Origin: Haplodiscus bocki
Lineage: Eukaryota
NCBI GenBank assembly: GCA_965655095.1
Contig: OZ296659.1
Coordinates: 45,260,001-45,324,000, forward strand
Direction: 5' to 3'
DNA: 64,000 bases
The notes below the pieces were generated by a model. The model did not search any database and was not told the origin of the DNA. It saw nothing but the letters and a program-made list of their open reading frames with translations. Position numbers and translations under genes: made by a program. Shown one piece after another: positions 12,401 to 23,628 of this stretch. The number at the start of each line of letters is the position of its first letter. Position 1 is the stretch's first letter.

Positions 12401-15400
12401 GCGTGACAAAGCACGTGCGCTTTGTCTTGACAGAACAAATCAATCCATCAATCGAAAACAGATAAATATCAGATTTTCATCAAACTCAATAATTTTTCAC
12501 CAAACGTTAGTCAGCGAGACTTCTAATTTGCTTCCCTGGACTACCACGCGTCCAGACGCAAGAGCGATCAGACTGATCCGTGAAAAACATAAAACCGAAT
12601 CCCTACTAAAAAGACAAAAATCAAGTACCGAGAAATGTTTTCAGATTTACTCAATCCTAAACAGCAGGAATTTGATTTCTTCAATAAGTATTTAGAAACT
12701 ATGTGCAGTCATTTTCGAAAACAAAACAGTTTCAAAGATCAGACAATTTCGAGGGTCAAAACATCACTTCAAAAAGTGAATTTAAGAGATGTCTCCGTTT
12801 TTTTGGACGCTTGAAAACAATCGTTTGGTTCACTTGGTTTGGCTTTCTGGGTGTTTCGCCTGTGAAACCATGACTATCTTGGAAATTTTGTCTTTTGGAG
12901 GGGTGACAAACTTCAGGCTTGTGATTTCTTTTTTTGCGTGAGACTTCTTCTGTTGAGTGTGGGGTTTTTTCGCTCCGTACAAGGTCTCAAAACCATTCAA
13001 TTGCTTTTACATTACTGCAAAACCCCTATTAGTTCTCGGACATGGGAATTTCCTCACAATCCAGCTTGAACAAGTTAGTGCTTTCAAGTGAACGTAAGTC
13101 ACTTGTTTCTGTTGAAACGTTCTGTCCAACAAACCTACTGCTCCAAGACAATCGACAAAGGAAGTCGAACCAATTTATGCTCTGAAAACGTCAAAAGTGT
13201 CTTTACGAACAAACACTGAACCTTCAAAAGACAACTCTTCATCGAAAAAAATTCGATCCCTTGAAAGTAGCTAAATAAGTCGTGAACCAAGATTCATAAA
13301 AAGTAAAACGATTATGATCAGCAGACCCGGCGAACGTTTGATTTTTAATTCTTATCGTTGCATTCAAAACTTATCGCTGTATTAGGAAAAGATATTCAAC
13401 AACTTTGAAGCTAAAGAAACTGAAAACTTCCCAAGGAAACAAATTGTGTGTCTATATGGAAAACGAGATCGGATAATCGGGAACAAATTTTTCGGGACAT
13501 TAACAATAACAAACTGAAAGCTTGCATGTAAAGAAAGAAGACAAGTCCACTTATCTCCGATTCCAATTCATTCCGGAGAATCAAGTATAGTAAATTGGTT
13601 AAAATTAGCATAAAGGGAAACAATTTCACAACCTATTTCGGTTTACTTCCTGGACGGAGAGAAAATACAAAAGAAAACATATGTCATACGACATTCAGCG
13701 ACTAAATGGGAACCTACTTTACGAGTTAAGGGAACTGTTTGAGTCCTTGGAAAGAAGTATGTAGACACCTGTACGACATATTCGATGAGGAATTAACCTA
13801 TGACTAAGCGTCTAGATGGTCCAAGACAATTAGATCGGTGGGAGCGAGCCATCAAAAATCATTCCATCTATTAAACTTACTTCATTCAACTTGTCAATTA
13901 ATCGCAAAAACAGTTAAAATATTATACTCTCTCTTAGAAAAGTCTTTGAGAAATAAGCCATTTTTCTACATCGACCATCCACAAAGACTTCGGGTATAGT
14001 TTCTTCAATAAATCCTAGACTGAACAACCGCATTTGAGTTACCGCGAAAGCGGATGCCATGAATGGAACATTGATATTTGTCAGACTATACAAAAAAAGA
14101 ACGGATGGAAATATTTTAAATATCAGCGTGTTTCCCTAACGAAAGCAAATGAACAGGAATTTATAAAAAACAACTAGGGACCCAGCGACGTCGAAGAAAC
14201 AAAACTTCCTAAAACGAGCAGAGTGACGAATCACCAATGAACTCTCATCAAATTCTAACATAACTTCATACTTCATGTGGATAAACTGGTTAATTTGAAC
14301 GCTCAATTTATTGCTTGATTTCAACATCCAACCATGGGTTTTTCCAGACGTGATATAGAGTTTTCGCATTGCCAACGGACTAACAATTTTCCCTTCTGTC
14401 AGTGCCAGGATGGTTGAGTCGATGCACAATTTTCCAAGGTTTCATCTAAAATCGACAACAACAACCAGTCGCGGATTTTGCCGGGATATTGCATAGTGGT
14501 TTTAGAAATTTTTCAAAAAAGTTTCTTAAAAAAACTATATCTATTGCCGCGATAGAGAAACGCATTATCGAGTGCTATCAAACGGTAAATCTCAGGAGAA
14601 AGATTATGATGTACTGTCTTTGTATTCAACATAGTTTTATCTATTGCATAAACCAACGAACGTGACACGAAAACGTAAAATGATGCAGAAGCTGAGACAC
14701 TTGGAAGAAAAAAATTGCAAGATCGGAAAAATTCACTTTTGCAGCAGAAGATAAAAATTCGAGACAAAATCTCACGTGTGAGTTCTAGGATTGTTAATAC
14801 CCTCCAAACAATTGAATTTTCAACATTTTTACTGACTCGCTAATGTAACATCCTAGAAAGTGCCAACACCCAGACTCGCCGGAAACCTGCTACTCTCAAA
14901 CCAAAATTCTGCTGCCTCCCGAAAATAAATTTGTATTTTTCTGCAATTTGAAAACTTTCTTCGAAAAAACTATTCTTTTTTCTCATAGCAGGAACACGTT
15001 TTTCGACAGAAAATTTTCGAATCATGAACTTTTCTGAAAATTAACCTGATAGTTTTTTTCTTGGTTTTTTTGGCCAGTATCTCGAAATACGTCAAACGTT
15101 TGAGTTACATAGTCTTTCATTTTATGTGCAGACGACACTTTTTCAGATAATTCCGAAAAAATTACAGCCTAAACGGGAATTTTTCCCATTCTACCTAATC
15201 TGATCTAAATGTTAACTCTGCCAATTCTGCCGTTTTCTGCTCGCCGCAGATTTTCTTGGTGTCTGCCAACACTACGAACTATTGTCTTAGACATTTTCAC
15301 TGCCGGTTATGGTAAAAGAATTTTTCGCTATTGGCACAACCCAGTATTTGGCTAAAAACAAGATGGTTTTAAATATTTTATTGCAGGAAACTTCTAATAC

Positions 15401-15559
15401 AACAGGAAGCAAACGTAGTTTATAGAAGATATAGTGTCGACTCGAACTTCTTCAAAAAAAATAGGGAAACTCTTTTGAATTCAGCTCATTTTGATCGAAT
15501 TCATTCTTGCCAAAAAAAGGACCAGATTTCCAATCACATGTTTTATGAATCGATTCAGT

Positions 15560-15968
15560 TTATTTTCATCAACTGTCGGTATCACAGAATTTTACGCTCT
15601 AAAAACTTAGTCCGCATATAAAATACAGAAGAGTCCGCATAGGTTTGAAATATATTTGGGGCTGATGACTCACAAGTTTCAGTTACCATATTTGACATAA
15701 ACTATGCGGAAACCCACCTTACTGTGAGTGTAGAGTTCTCACTCGAAAAAATCGCTAAATGAAACGTCTCCATTTCCATTTCAGATCAAAACCCAGTGTG
15801 ACTTTTCTGCGCCTGAATTGTCTAGGTTCACTGTCATGAAAGATTTCTCATCAATTGAAACGAGAAAATTGTCCACGGCAAAACACCAATGAATTCCATT
15901 TTCAGATGCTCACAATTACTGATATGTTGCCGCAATTTCAAATCACTAAGTTTTATTCGGCTAACCAT
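15560..15968 (-). pseudogene. Adenain-like cysteine protease of Polinton A
   Basis: EFIGVL...VNLDNSGAEKSHWVLI (catalytic His region) and LCGLFCILYA (catalytic Cys region, ~15610-15640). Confidence 0.8.
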
Positions 15969-17285
15969 CACTGCTCAGAGAAAAATTCTTTGAAAACTTC
16001 CGATATGAGTCAAGGTATAGTGTTGATGTCTTTTCACCTACGAAAAACTGCTCTACACTGTCCGTAAATTGAATTGAGATTTGTAGACTAATGGAAATAA
16101 AGCCCTTGGTGAGTTCAGGATAAAACAATTCAAAAGAGATTTCCTGGGTACGTGTCCAATTTAAAATTGAAACGTATTGATTGGGAAAGTCATCCAATGA
16201 TACACCTTTTGTGTGCTGTTTAAAAACTGAATCTTAAAGGGAATTGAGATAATTCTTTTTGTCATTGGCCGTCTGTAAAGGAGTTCCAGCATTTGGGTAA
16301 CCATTTCAACATAATTTAGTACTCTCTAAACCAAGCTTCTAAAATGATGTAGTTTTTCTTCTTGGGGAAACGCTTCCTGGGAGTCATTGCAGCAGCAGCA
16401 AACATTCGAAGAGGTTCACAGTTGAAAATTTTTTTTCGACGCCAACTTTTACTTCCGGTGGAAATGAGGACTGTTTCGATAGGATTTTGATAACTCGGTA
16501 AAGAGCGGGAACTTTGGCGATGTAGTTTCGATGGCGGAATATACTTCGTCACTCACAGTCATTATGCGCACAAACAAAAATTTTTCGGTTATTTCAACCC
16601 ACAACACTTAAGCTTCATCATCGTAAGCCAGACAGTAATCAGGACATTTCCTGAGAAAACGGACCTAAATGTTGAAATCACCGATGAAATGTCAATCAAA
16701 TGAATAAAAATCTGTAGCGTGTTTTCCGATAGACGAAGCAAGGTTTTATTCTTTCGTTTTCGTTTTTGGCTTCGTAAAAGGAGTTGTAGTATAATCGTTG
16801 TGTTCTCTTTCATTGGTGTAGGCCTGGAATCTCAACCACGTTTTTTGACTTCCTTCTTGTGCAAAAATTTGTTTTCAGTTAATGCTTCTTCAGCAAATTG
16901 ATTTCTGGTTGAAGAAGTTAAGTTAACATTTGCGGTAAAACTACACCCAGAGAACAAAAGAAAAAACAGTGTTAATGAAAAAAAATGGTACATCGGCTTT
17001 AACAACGTTTGCTGCATCGTAGTCAATTTTAAAGCCAATGAAAATGGGAGTTTTACTTTTGACTTCAAGTTAACGTTTTTGCAAATCAAAGAAATTGGTG
17101 AGACCTCCAATTACCTCAAACTCTCGAATGAGACCATTTGGTGCACTGACAGGATTAACTTCTCCATCAACTGAGGTTTCAAAAATAATATGTGACTAGA
17201 GACGTTCAAAACTATTCGGCGAGCAATGCGAAGTTTCAAAAAGCACAACAAAAGGCAACATTTTTGACTATGGAGAAGAGAATGG
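15961..17285 (-). pseudogene. Major capsid protein (double jelly-roll) of Polinton A
   Basis: APNGLIREFEVIGGLTNFFDLQ, IFNCEPLR and the C-terminal TQEISFELFYPEL...VGEKTSTLYLD are collinear with the element B MCP. Confidence 0.8.
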
Positions 17286-17299
17286 CCGACATCTCTGTG

Positions 17300-17620
17300 G
17301 TTTTGATTTCTTTCGACTATTTTTTTGCCTGTTCTTGCACAGTTTCGGTAGGCACCAGACGCCAGTTCTGTTTTAACAGTTTTTTTCCCAGCAAACTTCA
17401 AAACTCATTTGCGGGACTTTTTTTCTAGGAAGAGCCATTTGTTCAGGTACGAATTGATTGGAGACTTTTTAACTGGTAGATTTAACCGGCGGCAGAAGAT
17501 CTTTTTTTTGTAAAAATCACGGCAAAAACCTGCTGCTAACGATCCAAACCCATTGCCTGCTCGATCGTTTTGCCAGGAAGAACGTGGTAGAAATGTTTGA
17601 CGCGAGTAATATTTTTGGAT
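17300..17620 (-). pseudogene. Small basic QRGxG-type core protein of Polinton A
   Basis: YYSRQ...RAGNGFGSLAAG followed by a K/R-rich tail; lies directly upstream of the MCP, as in element B. Confidence 0.6.
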
Positions 17621-17699
17621 TTCATAATTCTCTGGTGTTTGGAGTTTAGAGCAGGCTGCCTCTGCCGACGAAGAGACATAGTGACCGGTGGAAGTTATT

Positions 17700-18330
17700 A
17701 ACTCAGGGAAGTGTTGATGACTCCACTTCCGCACTAGTTCCATGATTTGCAATTCTGTAAAGACTTTTGGGTTGTGGTAGGAGTAACATCGAGTGGAGCC
17801 AGTCACCAGTTTGCGGATCCAAGTCAATCAAAAAACAACCGTGGGGCTCAGTCTTCACTTTTTTATTCGAATCTTGTTTGAATTCAACCATCTTCAACCG
17901 TTTTCCAAACTGGTCGGCCTGTTGCTCGTCGCGTGGTGATTTGAAGAGAACAATGTGTCTTGTATTTAGATCTTTAGCGCGTGATAACGTGCTTTGAAAG
18001 AGCAAACTTTGTTGGACGAAATTGCGACCCTTCTCTTATGTCGGCCAGCAACTGCAGTTTTAGCGAAATCATTCTCTCGCTAAATTTCATCGCAAGAGTT
18101 GTCAAAAACCAATAGAATTAGCAAGTTCCTTGATCATAACAAAATCAAGACGTGGAAGGAATTCAATGTCCAACATTTTGGACATCTCATCAAACAGCGA
18201 TCGGTACTTTCCATGAAAACAGAAAGATTTCCGAATTTTATAGTGAAACATCGTCTGAAATGAGAGCATTGAGAACAACAATTACATCTTACCAGATCCA
18301 ACAGGTTCAACCACACATATTAAGAGGCGT
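17700..18330 (-). pseudogene. A32/FtsK-like DNA packaging ATPase of Polinton A
   Basis: ICVVEPVGSGK (Walker A), LLVFDNSCDEI (Walker B), AVAGRH, DLNTRHIVLFKSPRDEQQ, PHGCFLIDLDP. Confidence 0.88.
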
Positions 18331-18920
18331 TCGCTTGTGAAATTTATACTGTCCACAGTATCGATTAGGAAGTACGTATCCGTCTGCAACTGACGAAAGT
18401 GTCACTCAAAATGACATGTCCATGCAAAAATTTTCGGAAAACACGAGTTTCTTTCAGCAAGTTAGGAGAAAAATCAACAAAATTAAAGCTTGCAAGATGA
18501 AAACTACTTCGAATCATGGTAATGCTGAAAAAATACAAAACTTCCATAACGACACGTCACTAGCTCTTTTATCGGAAACTAGATGGTCAAGGCCTACGGC
18601 GTCTTCAACATCAATGTTCCGTCCTTGAGAGGTATGATCAAAACCAACTGATCGCTGAGGAATTAAGAAAGTTACTCCACACTGCGATTTCCTACGGACA
18701 GCAGTTGGGAAGGAAGGAAAGAGGGGACTTCGACAACATCCTCATGAACACTGAGCTCATCAGTTATCTGTTTGGGAAGACGAGAATGCATTGAAGTTAA
18801 AAAGTCAACAGTTTGAAATTTTTTTCCCTTCATATATTGTTTCCAGACTTGGTTTGACATTTTGAAGTTTAAAAAGAAACAGGAAAATAGTCGATCGAAG
18901 AGGCACTTGCTTGCAATCTG
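18330..18920 (-). pseudogene. Probable minor capsid (penton) protein of Polinton A
   Basis: RLPKQI...EVPSFLPS and VFRKFLHGH resemble the element B mCP (FLPVQI...EICFPS; FWRVLMHSSH). Confidence 0.45.
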
Positions 18921-18922
18921 TT

Positions 18923-19920
18923 TTAATCGGCAACTGATACATTTTTTAGAGTCTTTTGCAGGAATATATGTTCTCCTAGTTTTTTATTTTCTTGTTTCAC
19001 TAAATCAATAGAAAATGTTTCGAAGTCAATATTCTGCATCTCCAGGCTGTTCCCTGAAGATGCAAAGAATAGTTTTGGGACATAGTGAGATGGAGGCTGT
19101 CTTTGTCTCTCAGTGCCGCACATAGGACAAAACTGTTGAGAATGACAAAGCCAATTTACAAACAATTTGGTTTTTTCTTTAGCTCAGTGGTACAGTGGAC
19201 AAGGAACTTGGACCACTCCGAATTGCGGTTTTCAGGCAAATTGAAGCTTTAGGACAGTTGTGTTGGCCTAAATCAGTAACATGACGGAAGTCATTACGTG
19301 AAAAGTTACACCTATCCATTCTTTCGGAGAGCACAACTTTATTTGGGAAAGGTAACATTTGGCTGATGAGATAACAGAACAGAAAAATTTAGTCATAGGC
19401 ACCCAAGAAAGTACATTGCCACCCACGCGCAAAATTTTTTCGCTCTTCGTGTAACTGAAAAGAAAAGATATGGTGGTTTGAAAAGAAGTTTACCCTTTTC
19501 ATCGCTCCACGAACAGATGTTCCTCCAAAAGCAAAAAATTTTTTATACGACGAAAAAAGCGTTCGAGGTCAATAACTACCGATTAGTGAGTTAACTTTGC
19601 AACTTATCAGAGGAAGCGGTACAAATAAACATGAGTTGCAGAGCGATAGAATGAAGACTGATTGTGCGGGCTTGACAAACGTCGATGTGCAAAATACCAT
19701 CGTTATTGGTCAGCATTCAGCAAGCAGCAATCATAACCAACAGAAACCCTAAATTCTAAATCGTTTGAACAACCAATCCAAACTTTGGAAACTTTCGTGG
19801 AGAAACTTGAAAAAAAGGTGTGGTCCAGGAAAGGAATATCTCGAAGTCACGTTTGGATCATAGGTGCTTGTCAAAATCGCTGCTGCCTAACGAGAGCGTT
19901 CGGCAAACCTTGAATTTTTC
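18923..19920 (-). pseudogene. Integrase of Polinton A, degraded
   Basis: PRKFPK (compare RRKFPR in element B), NNDG, WSDEKG (WTDxG) and C-terminal SHYVPKLFF...LGEHIFLQK. Confidence 0.55.
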
Positions 19921-21017
19921 TTTTGTAGGATTGTTTCATTCACCCATTCCTCAGAAATCTGCCATGTAAAAGAAGGCTGAGATGACAAACTCAAGACACA
20001 GTAAGGCGACATCTGTTTGAATTAAACCAGGTAACCTAGTGTTGAAAAAAACGGCTCCTTTCCCGACGGTTTGAAAATCAGTTTGGACAGGAGTATGAAA
20101 TTGGTTGTTTTTGATGCAGAATCACAAAACCTATCAAACATTTGGGAGAGACATTCCACCTGCTGAGAACGGAAAACTTTAGCAAAAAAAAGAATTAACT
20201 TTTGAGGGCAGCCTAATCCTCATGAAAAACACTTTTGAATCGTATAATATAAAGAAAAGCTTCTATGCTTTTTTTCCGAGCGAGCTGATAGAAACATATA
20301 TCTTGAGCATTCGAACTAATCAAAAATTGATAATCTGCCAAAAACTTAGTATATTCTAGGAGAACTCTCGTTGGCTTGTAAGAATTTGGACAATTGTAAA
20401 TTTAACCAAAATTAGGTTACGGAAGTTTGTTCATTAGAAGATTCATTTCGTATTCCAGGACATTTCTATAAAAAACATTCAACATAATTCTTGATCTCAA
20501 TTCTATTGTCAATCGAATAGACGTGTAATATAGTTGGATTTTCGTTCTCTGAGTCTCGCAAATCAGCGGGGGAACAAAAAAACGATCTCTCTCTGCAAGC
20601 ATAACTGAAGCAAACTTGAGAAACGTCAGTGTAGTTTCCAATATTCAATTTTAACTCAGGTGTACTTCACTTCACTCTCCCATGTAAGGGTCAAGGCAGT
20701 TAGAGGCTGCAACTTTCACATCTGGAGAGAAGAAACCTTCACCTTCTTTCAATCAATACTCGTCGTAATGTTGACGTACAATGTGTAATAGAACTTCTCG
20801 TTGGCCAAACAGGTGACATTGTTGTTGATTCTGAACCGTAATTGGATTTATGTTCAGTCTCGTAGAGCTCACAAGCGAAAGACTATGACGAGAGTCGACG
20901 ACAGAAACCCGGAAATGAAACCGAGCAGAATTTAGAACTGCTTGCTATTCATTCCGACGATTTTAAATGAAAAATTCATTTGAAATCTTTCCAGAAAAAA
21001 TGGGATTGGGGTTCACC

Positions 21018-21077
21018 CGTTGAAGGGTTGCATGAATCCTGGGACCCGTTGCAAACCATACAAATCCTCATACTACT
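21018..21077 (-). repeat. Right terminal inverted repeat of Polinton A
   Basis: cgttgaagggttgcatgaatcctgggacccgttgcaaaccatacaaatcctcatactact. Confidence 0.92.
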
Positions 21078-21083
21078 ACGAAG

Positions 21084-22500
21084 ACTTTCAGCCAACATTT
21101 ACCGCAAGAGCACCCAATCGTGTTCAGCTTTTATTCAGTTTCGATTTCGCTAGTTCCTTTAAAGTTAGCAGGCCCTTTGGGTCATTTTTATTTGTTATCA
21201 GGTGGACACTGAGAGATGAAATGTCAATCATTTTGCCACACAAAGTTTTATCTGTTGTTTTGACGAAGACTAGTCTTCCTTCAATTTTGAAAAAAAAACA
21301 TGTCACCCCACCTTTCAAAGATGAAGGCTGACCAACCTCCAATTACTGACCAATTACAATAACTAGCAGCCCCTCTAATGCTTTTCGGAAGAGTTCTGAT
21401 CAAAGAAATTATGAAACTGTTCAACTGTTGAGAACTTCAAACCCGTTGAAATCAGTTTCAGACTCCATCAACTCATGATATTATCTCGTTTTTTACTGAG
21501 TCTGTTCGCAAATTTGGCAGTTTAAGTCGTACATATAGTTTGCTTAGACCATGCCAGAGCTGCTGGTTCGGTCTCTCACAGAAAACTTCCCAAAAGTTGT
21601 CTTTTGGGTAAAGGTAAAGAGTCAGAAGAGGCTGTCTATCAATTTGTTGTTGCTGAACTTACGAATTGAATAACCAAACCAATTTACTCTGATATTTTTC
21701 ATCTACCGTATAATGACCGCTTCACCTACCTGTCATCATCATGTATAAAACTCCGAATATTGTTTCCGATTCTACTGCCGAATTTTCGATTGAAATGCAG
21801 TTAAAGTTCATTCTCGTTTCCTGACTGCTACTTAATGAATCTTTGCATGTTTACAGTGAACACGTTTTTTCTGTTAGGCAAAAAGAACTCAAAAATCAAA
21901 AAAAAATTCATAGGACAATTCATCTGATAACAATGTAGAACAGGGAACACTGTTGGTCGCCATATACATTAATGATATCAATGGGAGTATGGGGAGAAAT
22001 TGCTCTTTGATAAAACATGCTTGTGATCCTGCAATTTTTCAGAGCAGAGTTTGGTTACGCTTTTGAAAGACAACAGAACTGCGTTAGTGGTGCTTAAAAA
22101 AACTGTTGCCTAATGCAACTTAAACGGAGATCAAATCGTCACGGTCAGTACGAGAAGGCATGCTTTGGTTGACTAAGTAAGTGGTGGTGATTGCCAGTTG
22201 TCAAAAATGGGTAGCCAAAAACCTGGGTGTCTTTTTAAAAGGTAGTGTTTCTTCTCTCGGAACTGAAGAACGAAACATCTCGAAGCAATGGCAATAGAAA
22301 TCAAAACTATTCACTCAATTCATAAAAATCTACCGAAGAAAAGCCTGAAAATGATTCTCATTTCTCTGGTACTTAGCCTTTTCGAGAACATTGGTTTTTG
22401 ACACCTTTTATCTTTTCTCGAAAAACAGCAACAGCAATCATAAAAGGTCAACTTTTCACTAAATGCCTATTTTAAATACCGGTCTTGTCCTGTGTTTTAT
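21084..22500 (+). mobile_element. CR1/L2-like LINE ORF2 remnant (end of APE plus RT)
   Basis: APNRV (PTR), then EQGTLLVAIYINDI (PQGS...IYIND, ~21938-21980), WCLKKLLPNAT and KNLGVFL. Confidence 0.6.
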
Positions 22501-22757
22501 AGAAGTTCCCCTTGGCTTGATTTCCATTTGTTTTGAAATCGTTTGTTTTTTTCAAACGCAGGCTTTGAATTTTAATGTTTTTCTCTAATCTTATGCGGAG
22601 TAATTTAAATGGAGTCTAACTCCAAGTGGATGGGTTGTGTGGCGGTTTCTTCCGGCATCATCTGATCTCGTCGATGTAATCAATTGTGGGTTTTAGATTG
22701 AATAAAGAAAAATGTGGTTGAGTCAGCTGGAAATCTAAGAAAATCAACTCTATTTCT

Positions 22758-23193
22758 AACAAGACATTATATTGAAGATGCCATATAAAAGGATGGAAAC
22801 GTTTTTTTTTCAAAAACTACTCTTCATATATTTTCTAAATTTTCCAAATTCAAAAATTTTCTGCTTGTTTTGCAAAAAAAATTGAGGTGGAAAAGACTTT
22901 TTTTGAGAATAAATATCATTTGGTACGCATTCTACAGCAAATTTGTCACCTTCAGCGATTCAGAAAAATTCAAATTTTTGCTAAAAAAACATCTATTCTT
23001 TCAAAATATTCAAATTTCGACGGTTTCGAGCATTCCTACTGTTTCAGTCGCCTTCCACGGCAACTGAAAAAAATCGAAATTCAGAATCTGGGCATTGCCC
23101 GTACAATTGGCAAGTAAACGTTAAAAAAGCACTACTTTTGAGTGTTTGAGCGGATGATTTTCCTTTCATATTAAAAGTGCGCGGAAAGTAATA
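22758..23193 (+). mobile_element. Non-autonomous interspersed repeat (Helentron/HINE-like), copy 1
   Basis: aacaagac start, internal gcattctacagcaaatttg motif, gcggaaagtaataa end; shared with four other copies in the window. Confidence 0.7.
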
Positions 23194-23384
23194 AGTTCCA
23201 AATTTAGGCCCAAATTTAATCGAAGTCTTCGTTTAGATATTTTTGTAGCTATCTTTAGTAGATTCTCTCAACTCCGGGACTCCATAGGACAATAGGCTTC
23301 ACTTCGCTGGCCGTTAAAATTTTTCAAGCAGAACGTCAGCAATAAGACATTCTCACTTCGCGGGAAACCCTAAGGATGCACACG

Positions 23385-23517
23385 GTGAGTGGGTGATTTT
23401 GCTTCATCGTCTTTGGGGCGGAAAATAAAATGTGATTTTACTCAAAATTTTGTTCTATACAGGCTATACCTTCCTTCAAACACTTCTTATGTTATACCAA
23501 CTTTTTTCAACTTTCAG
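23385..23517 (+). other. Probable 5'UTR intron of the anoctamin gene
   Basis: Consensus donor ACG|GTGAGT at 23385 and polypyrimidine tract plus tttcag acceptor ending at 23517, about 110 bp upstream of the ATG. Confidence 0.55.
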
Positions 23518-23628
23518 ATATAGATTGAAGGCGCAGCTCGGTGCGCTTCGACATTATTAGAGTTCAGGGGCTGCATATCTGATTCATTTGCTTTGATAAT
23601 TTGTAAATACGATCAAAGTCTGCATGCC

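Larger units (their letters stand above)
6294..21077 (-). mobile_element. Polinton/Maverick element A, 14.8 kb, both ends visible, genes pseudogenized
   Basis: 60-bp TIRs beginning AGTAGT and ending ACTACT; flanks aggaag (6288-6293) and acgaag (21078-21083) form a 5/6 TSD; internal PolB, protease, MCP, ATPase and integrase motifs. Confidence 0.92.

Noticed and set aside
23593-23628. TTG start of the 687-aa ORF given in the track
   Set aside because: Eukaryotic context; the first ATG at 23629 has a strong Kozak context.
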